From Octopus vulgaris (taxonomy: Eukaryota): DNA of 64,000 bases. Positions 1 to 15,398 of this stretch are shown here, piece by piece. Made by a program: the position numbers and the translations under genes. The notes beneath the pieces are model-generated. The model ran no database searches. It was not told the DNA's origin and worked only from the letters and a program-made list of their open reading frames with translations. The first letter of the stretch is position 1; every line of letters begins with the position of its first letter. The stretch lies in assembly GCA_951406725.2 (NCBI GenBank), contig OX597829.1, positions 5,270,001-5,334,000 of the forward strand, written 5' to 3'.

Positions 1-513
1 AAAACCCATTGAAGCCGGTGTCTCAGCTTGGGCCGCCTTTCAACCACTGAAACAATTTATTAATTACGAATATAAAGAACTCAATACTGGATACAAGAAA
101 CGTATGGGAAATATGATCGATCAAATTTAAGGTTTTACTCAGTAGGAAGGAGAAGTGGAGATGACCTTCGCAAGTCCTCAGATGAGACTGATGCGGTTGA
201 CATTCAGTGTAAACATTTGACGTGCACAGGAAAAACGTCAGCTTTGGAAGGGGAATTCCTGAGAGTGGACAACTCTAAGGAAGGAATGATAAGTAAAAAC
301 ATGGTTATTGCTGGGGCTGTGTGTGTGTGTGACAGTTGAAGTGACGAAAGGAGAGCAGAGTAATAATGTATCGGAAGAGTTTGCATGATGTTGATGACTG
401 GTGTGTGGATAGTTTTAGTGTAAAACCGATGCTGGATCATGAATAAGATTCTTTAAATGCTACATAATTGAAAGAAAAACCATATTACAAAGAATAAAGT
501 CAAAGTGGCTTAC

Positions 514-1063
514 CTCTGGGCAAATTAGCAGCTTCAGTGGTCTGTGGAGTTATAGGGGTATAGGCTGTAGTTGTAGCGTATACACTAGGTAGTAATTCCT
601 GTAGATGGTCGGCAATCATTGATAAGTTGCGAACCACACCTTCCAGTATGGTAAAATTTTCACCCACCCTTCCGATTTCTTCCTTTTGTGTATTAACTTG
701 ATCCCGAATCGACCTGAGCGTTTGATGTTGTGATTCAAGAAGGCTGCGTGTGTCAAGCACATCGCCACTGAGTTTATTCAATCTCATGTCCAGTTCGAGG
801 ACCCGAGCCGAGTTATTTTCACGTTTCAAACCAAGCATTGCACTCATGGTCCCACTAGCCCCAGGGAAATCCTTCTCAAACTTTTTCAGACGATCTTCAA
901 CCATTCTGTTTACAGAAGCAAGTAAATCGTCACACCTGTACCTTCGCCGGCCCCTTCGACCTCTGCCATTCCTGGGACTTCTTGTACTCGACTCTAGAGT
1001 ACATTGTCCAAAGAGAAGAAAAGCGGTGACTAGAATGCAGACAAATCGCAAGGTGAATGCCAT
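514..1063 (-). CDS. First coding exon of a secreted coiled-coil protein, probably a fibrinogen-related-domain (angiopoietin-like/scabrous/FReD) protein; gene continues left of the window
   Basis: ATG at 1063; hydrophobic signal peptide MAFTLRFVCILVTAFLLFGQC; polybasic RGRRGRRR; heptad-rich segment (RVLELDMRLNKLSGDV...LEGVVRNLSMIADHLQELL); Thr/Pro linker; ends LPR+G at a canonical donor AG|GTAAGC (intron starts 513, phase 1), compatible with the 'PRDC' start of a fibrinogen C-terminal domain. Family call is inference. Confidence 0.8.
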
Positions 1064-2235
1064 ATCTTATAATGGTTAATTTGTTGTTGGTGATGATGTA
1101 TTTACGTGTATAATCACTTGCGAAAATTGATTGTTTTGTAAGTTTGTTTTACGTCGATACTTTTCGAAAGTTTAGGGGAAAATAATCCACATGTATAGAT
1201 ATATGAACGCAGACAAGAGCTGATAAATATGTGTGTGTGTGTGTACGTGTATCTGCTGCACGTGTTTCTGTGTATGTGTTCGTGTGTCAATTGCGTGCGT
1301 AATGTTGTATACGTATTATGTATGTACGTATAGATATTAAATTGCAGAAAATGTTGACTCTTCAAGTTTTAACTTGAATTTCCAAATATATGTCTGTATA
1401 TACAGCTGTATATGTTCAAGTGAGTATGTACAAATATTTATTTACAAATGTATAAACAACGCGAGTTAGAATCGTTTTTCCGTGATTAACTTTATCGTTG
1501 GTAAGAAGATAAACTTGAAATATATGTATGTATATACGCAGCAAAAGTATAATATATGTTTGTAGGAGTATGTACTTATGAAGAAATATATTTGTTGTGA
1601 TGAAAGAAAGATACGTATCTGTTTGACGTTTCGCTAAGAATTTCCGTAAAAACGAAAACAATCCGTATATTTATGTGTGACATACGTATATTGTAAATGA
1701 ATCAGAGTCCAGCTACAAATTCCAGTTCGCTGCTTCGATAGTTTGACGCTTAATAAAAAAACATCATTACACGGTGTAAGAAAAAAAAAATAAGTGGATT
1801 TCTTGGAAGAAGAAAAGAAAAAAGTAAATTTTGGTAAAAATAGAAAAATTCTTGATAAAAGTGAAAATCGCTAAAATTGTAAAATTTGGTAAACCCAACA
1901 AATTTGATAAACACAATATCTCAGTGAAAGAAGAGAAATTGCTAAACTTGGTAAATTTTTTTTTAAATTGGTAATAATTTCCTTAAAACTGTTAGAATTG
2001 GTAAAATTTGATAAATTGATGGTTTAAAATAGAAACAGATTTGGTAGATTTAGTAAAATCTGACAATTTCTTGGTAAAAACCAAAACAGAGAAGACGAAG
2101 AGAAAATCTAACTTTTCTTCACGCGGTATTTCTCTGCCACTTCTGGATGGGTTGGTAGAATTTTTGATTTGTTCTTTGGCCTGCCTGTCCGCCTGTCCGC
2201 CTGCCTGCCCGCCCGCTTGCCTGTCTGTCTGTCCG

Positions 2236-2271
<36 letters not shown>

Positions 2272-2574
2272 CGTAGAGTATTTCTGTCACTCTATGTGCT
2301 CGTGTGTCTTGTATTACATTTCTATACGTTTGTGTTTCATTTGCTCTGTGTATATATATATATATCTGTGCATATATTATATGCTTGTGTGTGTGTGTGT
2401 GTGTGTCTGTGTGTGCGTATATCTGTCTACGTCTCCATTTGTATGTGTTTCTATCTCTTTCTCTCGCTTTCTTGTTATCTTCCGCCTTCTTTTCCTCTTC
2501 TTCTTTTCCCCCACCCCCACCACACCTTCTTTTATTACTTACAAAAAAGATTCAGTCGCGCGCGCACGCACGCA

Positions 2575-2627
2575 GTCAGTCGCGCGCGCGCACACACACA
2601 CACACAAACACACGCGCGCGCGCACGG
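2575..2627. repeat. CpG-rich alternating purine-pyrimidine (CG/CA) tract about 1.5 kb upstream of the ATG; possible promoter/5'UTR region, Z-DNA prone
   Basis: gtcgcgcgcgcacgcacgcagtcagtcgcgcgcgcgcacacac...cacgcgcgcgcgcacgg; CpGs retained. Confidence 0.5.
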
Positions 2628-3059
2628 CCACTTCTTTTCTTCTTTTCTTCTTCTTTCTTCTTTCTTTCTTTCCTGTTTCCGATTCCCTCCACTTCTACAG
2701 GTTGTTGTTTAGTCCCCTCCCCCGCTGCTGTTGCTCAGTCCCTGGTCATTCCTTCATCTAGCAGACACATGATCAAAAGCGCTCCAACCGTAACCATCAT
2801 GCATTTTATTTAGACACAGGGAATCTTAGGGGTACATTATCCAGTACATCATTTTCTTTTTTCAGAAAATAGGGTGTGATTGGGGGGAGAAATTTGACTG
2901 CTATTTCAAGCATTTCAAACGACCACAGACACGTCTTCGTATATAGTAGTAAACATATATCTTATAAAGAACTACACTGGCTAAAGTCGAGGGAGATTTG
3001 GCTGCTATTTCTAACAGGTTTTCTAACCAAATGACTTGGCTCATCTCGTTCAGGTATTT

Positions 3060-3276
3060 CCGAGTTCTCCCCCCTCCCCTTCCCTTCCCCTCCCACTCCC
3101 TCCTCTCCTCTGCTACATTCCCTCTCCCTTCTCCTCCCATCTTACGTTTGTCTCGTTTTGTCACGCATTTCGACGCCGCTTTACTCACTCTCACTTTCTC
3201 TCTCACTTTCTCTCTCTCTCTCTCTCTCACCCCCCTCCACTCTCGTGCTTTCTCTCTTTTTCGCTCTCACTCCTAT

Positions 3277-3319
<43 letters not shown>

Positions 3320-3452
3320 CTTGTTATTTCTTTTTATCGCTTACACTCCATCTCTCAATTCTTTCGCCTTTTCCACTCCACTCCACCTCGCTTTCACTCA
3401 ACCCCCCTACCCTTCACTTCACACATCTTTTCTTTCCTCCCATCCTCTCACT

Positions 3453-3497
<45 letters not shown>

Positions 3498-3607
3498 ACA
3501 CTGTCTCTTCCTTTTCCCACCCTCCTCCGTTCTCGTTCCTTGCTTTCGCCCTTTACTTTTTCCCCTTTTCATCTTCGCACCTTTTCACCCTCCTCCTCCT
3601 CCTCCTC

Positions 3608-3638
<31 letters not shown>

Positions 3639-4110
3639 CCCCAAGTCCTTTAACTTTCTCCCCCCCCCCCCGCCCATACCTCTAACCACTGACGCTCCTT
3701 CCTCACTTCATACCATCTCTATTTCCATTCTCACTCTCTACCATTCTTTCCACACGCACGCACACACACACACACACACGCACACACGCGCGGGCTTTCC
3801 CCCTCCCCCCCTGTCGTTCCCTTCACCCTGTTTCTCTCGCTTTCTTCTCTTCTCTTCACTCTCTCTCCATCGCCTTCCGCTCTCCTTCATTCACACTCTC
3901 GCACACTCTCATCATGGCCACCCCTCCGTTCACAATCTTCCTTTCTCTTCCTTTCTCACTTAACCATTTTCCTTCACCCCCCCTCCCACCACCACCACCA
4001 CCACCACCACCTCCACCACCACCACCATCATTCAACTTTTCTCTTCCATCCCATCATTCTCTTTACCTTCCCATCATTCTCTCATTCTCTCATTCTCTCA
4101 TTCTCTTTCA
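3060..4110. repeat. Polypyrimidine low-complexity region with (CT)n, (CCT)n, (CTA)n, (CCA)n
   Basis: Directly visible strand-asymmetric C/T tract. Confidence 0.9.
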
Positions 4111-4214
4111 CTCTGTGTCAATTTCTTCAATCAATGAGGATGGTAAAGTTAATTCTTGTGGGGAGAGAAAAAAAAAAAATACGATGCAATGAACACATTT
4201 TCCAAATTTAGGAT

Positions 4215-4561
4215 ACGATGAGCTGGCAGAATCGTCAGAGCTCGGTAGCGTTTCTTCTGAGTTCAAATTCCACCAAGAACGACTTTGTTTTTTTTTATCG
4301 TTTCGGGGTCGATGAAATAAAGTACCAATGAAGTAGCGGAGCCGATACAATTGACATGTTCCCCCTCCTCAGAATTACAAGTCTTGTGCCAAAAATTAGA
4401 AAGAGGCAAGCTGACAGAATCGTTAGTCTCAGACAAAATGGTAAGGGTCATCTCTTCCGACTCTTTACATTCTGAGTTCCGATTTGGATTGAAATCGGTA
4501 GTCATCCTTTCGTGATCGATAAAATAATTACCAGTTGAGCACTGGGATCGAAGCAGTCGAC

Positions 4562-4594
<33 letters not shown>

Positions 4595-4680
4595 CATCAT
4601 CATCATCATTATCATCATCATCATCATCATCATCATCATTATTATTATTATTATCTTCATTATTATCATTATTATTATTA

Positions 4681-4712
<32 letters not shown>

Positions 4713-4889
4713 GAAGGCACCGAGCTGGCAGAATCGTTAGCACGCTGGGAGAAATGCATGGCGGTATTTGGTCCATCTTGACGTTCTGATTTCAAATTCC
4801 GCTAAGGTCCACTTTGCTTTTCATCCTTTAGGGTCACTGGGGTTCATGCAATCAATTACTCTCCTTTCCCCAAATTTCAGGCCTTGTGC

Positions 4890-4986
<97 letters not shown>

Positions 4987-5168
4987 GAAGGCACCGAGCT
5001 GGCAGAATCGTTAGCACGTCAGGCGAAATACTTATCGGTATTTCATTTGTCGTTACGTTCTGCGTTCAAATTCCACCGGGAGTCGACTTTGCCTTTCATC
5101 CTTTCTGGGGTTGATATAATCGACTTAATCCCTTCCCCCAAATTTGAGGCCTTTCTCCAGGAGAAAGG

Positions 5169-5170
<2 letters not shown>
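4215..5170 (+). mobile_element. Four copies of tRNA-derived SINE family B separated by (ATT)n/(ATC)n tracts
   Basis: Repeated head gagctggcagaatcgttagc...ttctgagttcaaattcc (B-box-like) and core gcctttcatcctttcggggtcgataaaataagtacca at about 4219, 4408, 4714 and 4988. Confidence 0.85.
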
Positions 5171-5239
<69 letters not shown>

Positions 5240-5241
<2 letters not shown>

Positions 5242-6500
5242 CTTAGTAACATAGTGTAGGTAAAAATGCACCGAAGTCTTTAGTAATCTGTCAAGTCACA
5301 ACAAGGACCTCAGACTGATAATACTTTACTTAAGATGTTCTCTGTGCCCAATAAGGCTGCTTTTTGCGAGAGATCAATCTTGCATGGGATTTCCAGTTGC
5401 CTTAAGAAGTTTTGAAGTTTCAATGGGATTGAGCCCAACGCTCCGATCACCACTGGTATCACTTTTACATTACCCTCTCGCATTCTATACAGTCTTGCAA
5501 TTTCCACTTTCAATTCAAAGTACTTGGTGAGATTTTCAACCTCTTTACTCACAAGATTCATGTCATTTGGTATGGCTACATCAAGGGTCTGACAGTATTT
5601 GTCTTTCTTATTCAATATGACAATATCCGGCCGACGGTGTTCGATTACACGATCCGTCAGAAAATCATGGTCTCAGAGTATCGTTACTTATCCATCCTCC
5701 TGCATAACTTTATTTAGTACATGCTCATACCAGTTCTCTGTTACTTCATATTGGTATTCACGGCATAAGGACCATTGAAGATACACACTTTATCGTGGTG
5801 GCGCTTGTATTCTTTTTGTGCAAGGCTCTCACATCCACTTACTAAGTGAGTCACATTTTCCACACTCTTCCCACAGAGTGTGCATTTCTGGGTGTCAGAA
5901 GTTTTATAGATGTTATACTTCACTGACTTAGTACTGAGAGCCTGGTCTTATGAGGTAATGATTAGGCTTTCGGTGGTTTGCTTCAAACGATGCTGTATTA
6001 TCCTTAACGCCTTGTGTGTTCCTTTCAAATTGTCCATGCATTCTCATTTCAAGAAGGTTTTCTTTTCTCTTCTCCTCAGCTCTTTAGTTAAACTCTTCTT
6101 TGCCCATCATTTCATCCGCAGCTACATCCATATCTTTCGCGGCATATTGCAGCAGGTCTTCATCACTATTTATCAAATACTCGGCAAACGTTCTCCTGTC
6201 ACTCCTTATACAATGGTCTATACAAATTATTCCTCTGCCACCATTCTTTTTTTCATATACGGTCTGTTTACGTTTGCTTTAGGGTGTAGCGCCCCATGCA
6301 GCGCCATCGACTTTCTCGTTCCTCTATCCAGTGTTGGTATTTCCTCCTTTGTCCATTTGAGGATGGACGCACTATATCTGACCACTGCAACTGCCCAGAT
6401 GGTCATGGCGGTTATCAAATTTTTGGCATTCTGGTTGGATTTCAACACCATCTTCACCCTTTTTTGATACGCTCGTTTGACCTTGACTTTCATTTCTCTC
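5240..6500 (-). mobile_element. R4/Dong-clade non-LTR retrotransposon 3' fragment (RT thumb, CCHC finger, restriction-like endonuclease), decayed
   Basis: LKWTKEEIPTLDRGTRKSMALHGALHPKANVNRPY; CTLCGKSVENVTHLVSGCESLAQKEYKRHHDKV; RPD...LDVAIP...KYFELKVEIARL...VIPVVIGALG...QKAALLGT; 3' end abuts (TAA)n at 5170-5238. Confidence 0.88.
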
Positions 6501-6759
6501 TGTAGAATGTATTTGTCTGAATATTTTTTTTATCATGCCTAATGCACCTACTATGATAGGAATTGTTTCTGTTTTCAGATTCCACATTCTAGTTACCTCT
6601 ATTTCCAGGTCTTTGTATTTTGAGAGTTTCTCCATTTCTTTTAGAGACACGTTGTCATCTGCCGGTATTGATACATCAATTAGAAAGCATTTTTTTCTTC
6701 ATGATCTCTGACAACTATATCTGGTCTGTTGGCCTTAATTTCTCTATCTGTGTGTGTGA

Positions 6760-6760
<1 letters not shown>
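6501..6760 (-). mobile_element. Second R4/Dong RLE-domain fragment
   Basis: HTDREIKANRPDIVVRD...IDVSIPADDNVSLKEMEKLSKYKDLEIEVTRMWNLKTETIPIIVGALGMIKK. Confidence 0.85.
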
Positions 6761-8858
<2,098 letters not shown>

Positions 8859-8859
8859 T

Positions 8860-9130
8860 TTTTTTATGTGAAGTCAGTCCTTTCGGTTTACCTCCAGTTT
8901 GTACTGAGTTTGTTAGCGCATGCTCATTATCGTTGGAAGCATCTAAGCAACTGAGAGAAAAATATTCTCCCGGAGAAGAAGCACGACCTCTTGTGTTTTT
9001 GTCCTGAATGTTGTCAAAATTCGTCTGAGCAATCTTTTGCATCATTCTTCTAACAAATCCTAGAATAATATCCAGTAACTATAACCATTTTTGTATGCCT
9101 CAGGCATTGTCTGATCCTGCTACTCTGCTA
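8860..9130 (-). mobile_element. Degenerate R4/Dong-like 3' end fragment
   Basis: Decayed 'G...IQKWL...MQKIA' C-terminal RLE-like remnant next to the TAA array. Confidence 0.4.
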
Positions 9131-9970
9131 CCTTCCAGCCTTCTGTGTCCACATTGTTTAATACTGGAGGTGAAAGCGAAACACCTAAAATTTTATTATG
9201 TTGACTTACATAATGTGTTGCCCATCTGTCTATGGCATCGAAGTACTTCTCAAGTATTTTCATATTTTCAAATCTTTTATTGCCTTAATATTTTAATATT
9301 ATTGCCATAGTTTTGCAGGGGGGGCGCAGGGAGCTGTGCATTGCATTTATGGATGGTTTTAGAAAGTGCCAACCTTAATTTAAAACAACAGGAGGTGCAA
9401 ACTCTGATCGGCCGAAAAAAATTCATACTGAAGAAGTGCTTCATCCAGGTATAAACATTAAGTGTAGGGGGTTTTTTCCACCCTCCCTCCATGAGCACAG
9501 ATACGCCTTAGCAAACTGGACGAACTCTTCACGAATATAAAGTTGGATTCCATCGTAGTTTCTCCTCATTGCAATCTCAGAAATTGATAAAAGATATTCC
9601 ATATACACAAGCGCATACACACATACATGCACATGACAACACATGATTTTAAAATTAACACCTTGCACTCCCACTCTTAAACAATCCCTGCACTTTTACC
9701 CCATTCCACTTTCACCACAGATTCAATCCTACCCTACAAATAAATCTCGGAATAACCCTTTTTGGTTCAAATCAAAAGAACCTATCTCAAATGAACTAAG
9801 TATCTTTCTTTACATTTAACTTGATCGATTTCTATCTTGAATTTCATTCCAGTTTTTACAGCAGCCATAATATGATACTTTTAACCATTTCTGATGATTG
9901 TCAGGGCTGGTACTCAAATGGTAATTTGGCTACTATAAGCCTATAATATTTTATTATCATTATTATTATT

Positions 9971-10995
9971 TTGGCTTGGCGCATATTCGGTCTTATTCCT
10001 GGTAGAGTTTATGTGGATAGCGGGTTACTACCAGTAACCTTAGGCATCCACAAGTTTTCAGCAGTCTTTCAAGTGCTTAGAACTCTCCTGATAATCCTTG
10101 TTGTCCTTAAGAGACAAACTTTCTGCAGGAGCTCTACCGGGCATTATATTCCAATCTCCCTCAGCCATTTGTCTTTACCTTTGCTTACGGTTCCCGACGC
10201 ACCAGTTATTATAAGAACGACCTTTACTGTTCGTATATACCTAATACTTCTTATTTCAAATTTTAAGGGATTGTATTTTTTTGTTTTTGTTTCTCGTCCT
10301 CTTCTTGACGGTTCTGAAATCAAATGGACATGACGGATCAATCAGTAAGCAACTTCGCTTTTCTTTATTTATACTTATGTCCGGTCTATTATTTTCTAAC
10401 TTCTTGTCCACTTGAATAGGCAAATCTCACAAAATCTTACATTTCTCTGATTCTCTTTCGACTCGATTATTGTACCATGTGTTTCTAGCTTCAAATTCCC
10501 ATTTCTGGTACAGTCTCCAGTGTAAAACTTTTACAGCCTGGTCGTGCCTCCATTTCTTATATTCTTCCTGTGCCAACTTGGGGCATTCTTCCACAACGTG
10601 TGCCACCGTCTCGTTCCAAGTTCCACAGGCTCTACATTTTTCTGACGCATTCTCTCCATATATATTTTTTCTCAAGTTGTTTGTTTTTATCGCTTGATCT
10701 TGAGCTGCTACAATTAGACTCTATTTCTTTTTTTAATTGCCCCTTTTTTAACCAAGCCCAGGATTTTGTTCCACAAACATCTTCAGTGGCTCTCCAAAAT
10801 GGCCATGCAGAGGTTTCGCTTCAATCTGTCTGACGTGCTCTCTTTGTATTTCGTTCTTGTCCTTTTCTCCTATCACGTGCTTCATCACCTGTTATTTATT
10901 CGCTCTCTTTAATAGATTTTCTGTGCTGCTCTGTAAATACTCCACTAGCCTTTTTCTTTCCATCTGTACACATTCTTCTACTGCTCTTTTCTACC
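9971..10995 (-). mobile_element. R4/Dong-clade retrotransposon 3' fragment
   Basis: KCRACGTWNETVAHVVEECPKLAQEEYKKWRHDQAVKVLHWRL...KIL*D...NRPD; LQKVCLLRTTRIIRRVLST; flanked by (TAA)n. Confidence 0.85.
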
Positions 10996-11002
10996 CTGGT
11001 CT

Positions 11003-11076
<74 letters not shown>

Positions 11077-11084
11077 CATCATCA

Positions 11085-11136
<52 letters not shown>

Positions 11137-11137
<1 letters not shown>

Positions 11138-11680
11138 GAGTGAGAGAGCAGTGCATGCCATCAAAGTGACACTGGGGTAAAATATACGAAGCCCAGTATA
11201 CCCATCATGACTACCCGTCTGATAAAGGGTACACCAGGCACATGCATCACAACCATATGTGCGCGACATGATGATCTCATATCAAGATAAATAGCGCATG
11301 ACCTTGCAGGTGGGGGCCAGTTAGAATTTTCTTCTGGTCGAGTAACCCATCCCGCTCAAAACGTCCCTGAATAAGGATTGTTTAAGGATATTGAATGAAA
11401 CACCCATGTTTCCAGACGTGGAATATTCAAACCTCCAACACATGGCTATGATGCTCCCCCACTGCTTCTGCTCGTGATCAGAGATGCACATATCGTCAGC
11501 CATTAAGGGACATGCTCAACTGGTTCAGGTCAAACAACTGACAAACAAATCTGTAGTATTGAGCAGAATATTTGCTGTAGCCCATCTTTTATACCAAGAC
11601 AAAACAATGTACATGATAACACTTCCAATCAGTTAAGATCAGAAGCCATGAGAGCCACTGCCTGGTACTGCTTCAGAGCA
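11137..11680 (-). mobile_element. About 540 bp non-coding element embedded in (TAA)n; probable non-autonomous retroposon using TAA targets
   Basis: Complex, CpG-retaining block with sharp boundaries between two (ATT)n tracts; no credible ORF; single copy in this window. Confidence 0.45.
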
Positions 11681-11697
11681 TTATCATATCATTATTA

Positions 11698-11782
<85 letters not shown>

Positions 11783-11789
11783 CAGTAAT

Positions 11790-11849
<60 letters not shown>

Positions 11850-11850
<1 letters not shown>

Positions 11851-14050
11851 TTCCAGTTTTGTTTCCATTTCCTGCCGAGTGTCTTCCAGACACCCAGGAG
11901 AAAGAAACGCATCGTATACATTGATAGCACATTTAATATAAATTATTCATTTACAGACTCAAGTTATGTGAACAAAGAAAGAAAGAAAGAAAAGAGAAAA
12001 AAGTAAGGAAGAACAAGAAAAAAAATCGTTCTCACATCGATAATGCTCTCCTCAATATAATGACCTCCCGATTAAAACAATCTTTTGCACTTCTTGCATG
12101 GATGCCAAGCCAGAGATCATTTCTCAAATAATTTCCAGTTCCCTTTTTTGATCATTCCAAAAACTCTTACAATCACTGATATTGTAATCGCCTTGAGATG
12201 CCACATTCTTTTCGATTTCTATGAGCAAATCTTTATATTTTTTGAGCTTATCAAATTCTTTTGCCAAGCTCGTATGATCACCAGGAACACTCGTGCCAAT
12301 CAATAAGCATATTTTATTAAAGGAAAGTTACATCTCTCTTAATTACATACATCCTCAGGCTGGTGTTTGTACCATTTGTCAACAGTTTTGATTTTATAAT
12401 GCTGATATATTAACCAGAGTAGATATTAGCCAACTCTGTAATATCTCGAAATTATACACTATTGGTGCTAAAACCTTACACCCAGAGATTAGGTGGTCCA
12501 CTGTTTCATTCTCATCGTTGCAGTATGGGTACTTTGGGTCAACTCCATTTTCATCACTTCCCGTTCATTAAGTAATGATCTTGAGCAACTAAGATCAAGT
12601 TTTCTATCTTTACCTTTAGCCCTGAGCTTCGTAGCTACTGATAGGCGTGCTTCTGGTCAACATCGGTTTGTTTGCTATTGGCTACATATTCGCCAAGCAG
12701 AGGTTTATGTTCCCACAGACCAGCCAGTTGTTCATGTGCATTTTTCTTTTTTCATTAGTTTCACCTTTGCAACAACAGTTTCTACACTTCCCTCAGGCTA
12801 TTCAATAGCAAAGTTTTTATCTCCTTCAAGACAGAATAAAGCCTCTTACGCCTCTCGTGATTTTCAACAAGTTTTAGCTTCCAGTCATTTGTTGTTTCAA
12901 GATATTTGGCCTGTCCAATTGTGGTGATTTTCTAATATTTTTCAAATTGGATCAAGCCTCGACATTCTTGGCCTCTGGGAAGGTAAAAACGATCCACGTC
13001 TGCCTTCAAGTGACGCATCGTTTTACAACTCAGCAATTTACGCATTTTTCTATCAATTTTCTTTATTTCACTAATAGTCCATTTCAGTACGTTGAAGCTA
13101 TAAGTAACAACTGAAATTGCTTAGGAATTTGTGACTAACATCTTGTTGTGTGCATTTAGATTAAATTTCAGGACTGCTCGAACTCTCCTAAAGCATTCCT
13201 TCCTGATCTTCTCTTTCATGCTTGCATGCTGATTACCAAAGCCTTCGTTTATTCTTTGATGTTAATAAGTTTGTGCCTGCTCAAGTTCTTTTATAACTAT
13301 CTGAACATCTAACACGACTGAATGTGAGATCTTCGGTTTCGCTCTCTCAGAGTGGCCGTGGCACATTTATCAAAACCAAATTCTAATCCGATGTCATGTC
13401 CTCACTAAATACTTTCACAAAACGTTATCGGTCTTCAGGCTCATCATTGGCTTTGTCATGGAATTTTAAGCCATTCATAGAAAATAAATGGTTCATTTCC
13501 TTGTTGTCATTTTTATACCATTACACTGTTCTGTTAAGTTCACTTGCAAGGGGTATTATAAGAGCTATGCAGAAAATCAGAGGTGAAAGTGAGTCACCTT
13601 AGAAAATGCCACAGTTGATGCTAATGCAGTGATATCATTGGAGATTCGTGTTTCACGAAGTTTGCAATTACGGGAGAAATGTTTAGCGACTTCAGGACCC
13701 ATGAATGCAGTATATTATCAAAAGTATTTTTGTAATCAATCTACGCAGAACTGAACTTTCTGCGCTTGTTATGACAGTTCTCAAGGATCATGCAATTACG
13801 AGTTGATCATTTTATCTATATGAGCATCGTCGGTACTCCTTTTGTTCAGTGCAGAAATTATTGTTCTCTTTCAAAAATACATGTTTTCTCCACCAGAATA
13901 GACGCTAAAATTTTACAACAGGTGGATAAACAGGTTATGGGTAGAAAGTTGTTTTTTTTTTTAAACTTTGGTTTCATTATTCTTTGGGAGTAGGTAAAAA
14001 CGCTTGCTACCAAATCAAGCGTTTCTTTTTATGATTGATCATAATTCATT
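11850..14050 (-). mobile_element. Longer decayed R4/Dong-clade element including RT core
   Basis: FLPITCLSTCCKILASIL; GIF*GDSLSPLIFCIAL; LNLNAHNKMLVTN...YSFNVLKWTISEIKKIDRKMRKLL; C-terminal QKIVL...LRRALS; many stops and frameshifts. Confidence 0.85.
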
Positions 14051-14287
14051 GGACGGCTGGACTAACTTTTTGTATATATTACTTGTTTCAGTCAAGACTG
14101 CGGTCTTGAAAGTTTTTAATCGAAGGAATCGACTCCTGTTCTTATTTTCATAAGCATCATACTTATTTTATCGGTCCTGATGTCGAACCGCTTAGTTACG
14201 GGGACGTAAACAAGCCAAAAGCAATTGTGCCTATACACACGTGCGCGCGTGCACGCATCTATATCTATCTATCTATCTATCTATCTT

Positions 14288-14378
<91 letters not shown>

Positions 14379-14389
14379 GTGTGTGTGTG

Positions 14390-14597
14390 TTTTTTCTATC
14401 AATTTTATTTATTTCACTGATAGTCCGTTTCAGCACGTTGAAGCTATAAGTAACAATTGAAATTGCTTAGGAATTTGTGACTAACATCTTGTTGTGTGCA
14501 TTTAGATCAAATTTCAGGACTGCTCGAACTCTCCTAAAGCATTCCTTCCTGATCTTCTCTTTCATGCTTGCATGCTGATTACCGAAGCCTTCGTTTA
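14390..14597 (+). repeat. About 205 bp direct duplication of 13045-13250 (internal R4 segment)
   Basis: Near-identical text gttgaagctataagtaacaa...gcatgctgattacc(a/g)aagccttcgttta at both sites. Confidence 0.9.
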
Positions 14598-15036
14598 ATG
14601 ATATTTATACAATACTTTATTCACTTAAACACGTCTCAAATGACCTAGCGAGTTGAATCCGGTGAGCTGACCCAGCAAAGTAACTCAGCGAATTATACAG
14701 AGCAGTTTGCATGCTTAAAATCGATGTATTAATCGATCGTTCAATCAGTCAATTTACGAAACAGTATCTCCCGAATCATTCGTATGTGAATACAGTATCA
14801 TATGAATATAATGTTTTTTTTTTTTCTTTATTTCGTTACTAATATACTCCGTGATTAATACACCAAAAATACTAATTGGTGATAATCTTTGGATTTACAA
14901 TTTGCACTTAACACACAGAATTAAAGCCTATACGAATTACTATAATCTTGATTAGATAGCCTTTTAACCGGGCTTCGTTTACATGAAATACTGATGTATT
15001 CGCCTGAATTTTATTCAAATCTTTTGCCTTCAATCT

Positions 15037-15145
15037 GTGTGTGTGTGTGTGCGTGCGTGTGTGTGTGTGCGTGTGTGTGTGTGTGTGTTTGTGTGTGTAT
15101 GTGTTTGTGTGTGTGTGTGTATGTGTTTGTGTGTGTGTGTATGTG

Positions 15146-15205
<60 letters not shown>

Positions 15206-15295
15206 CGTGTACGTGTGTGTGTTTGTGTGTGTGTGTGTGTGTGCGTGCGTGTGTGTGTGCGTGTGCGTGTGTGTGTGTTTGTGTGTTTGTATGTA

Positions 15296-15333
<38 letters not shown>

Positions 15334-15398
15334 TGTGTGTGTATGTGTTTTTGTGTGTGTGTGTGTGTGTGTGTGCATGCATGCGTGTGTACGTGTGT
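15037..15398. repeat. Imperfect (GT)n microsatellite
   Basis: Directly visible. Confidence 0.95.

Noticed and set aside
750-1079. 109 aa plus-strand ORF
   Set aside because: Antisense shadow of the real minus-strand exon.
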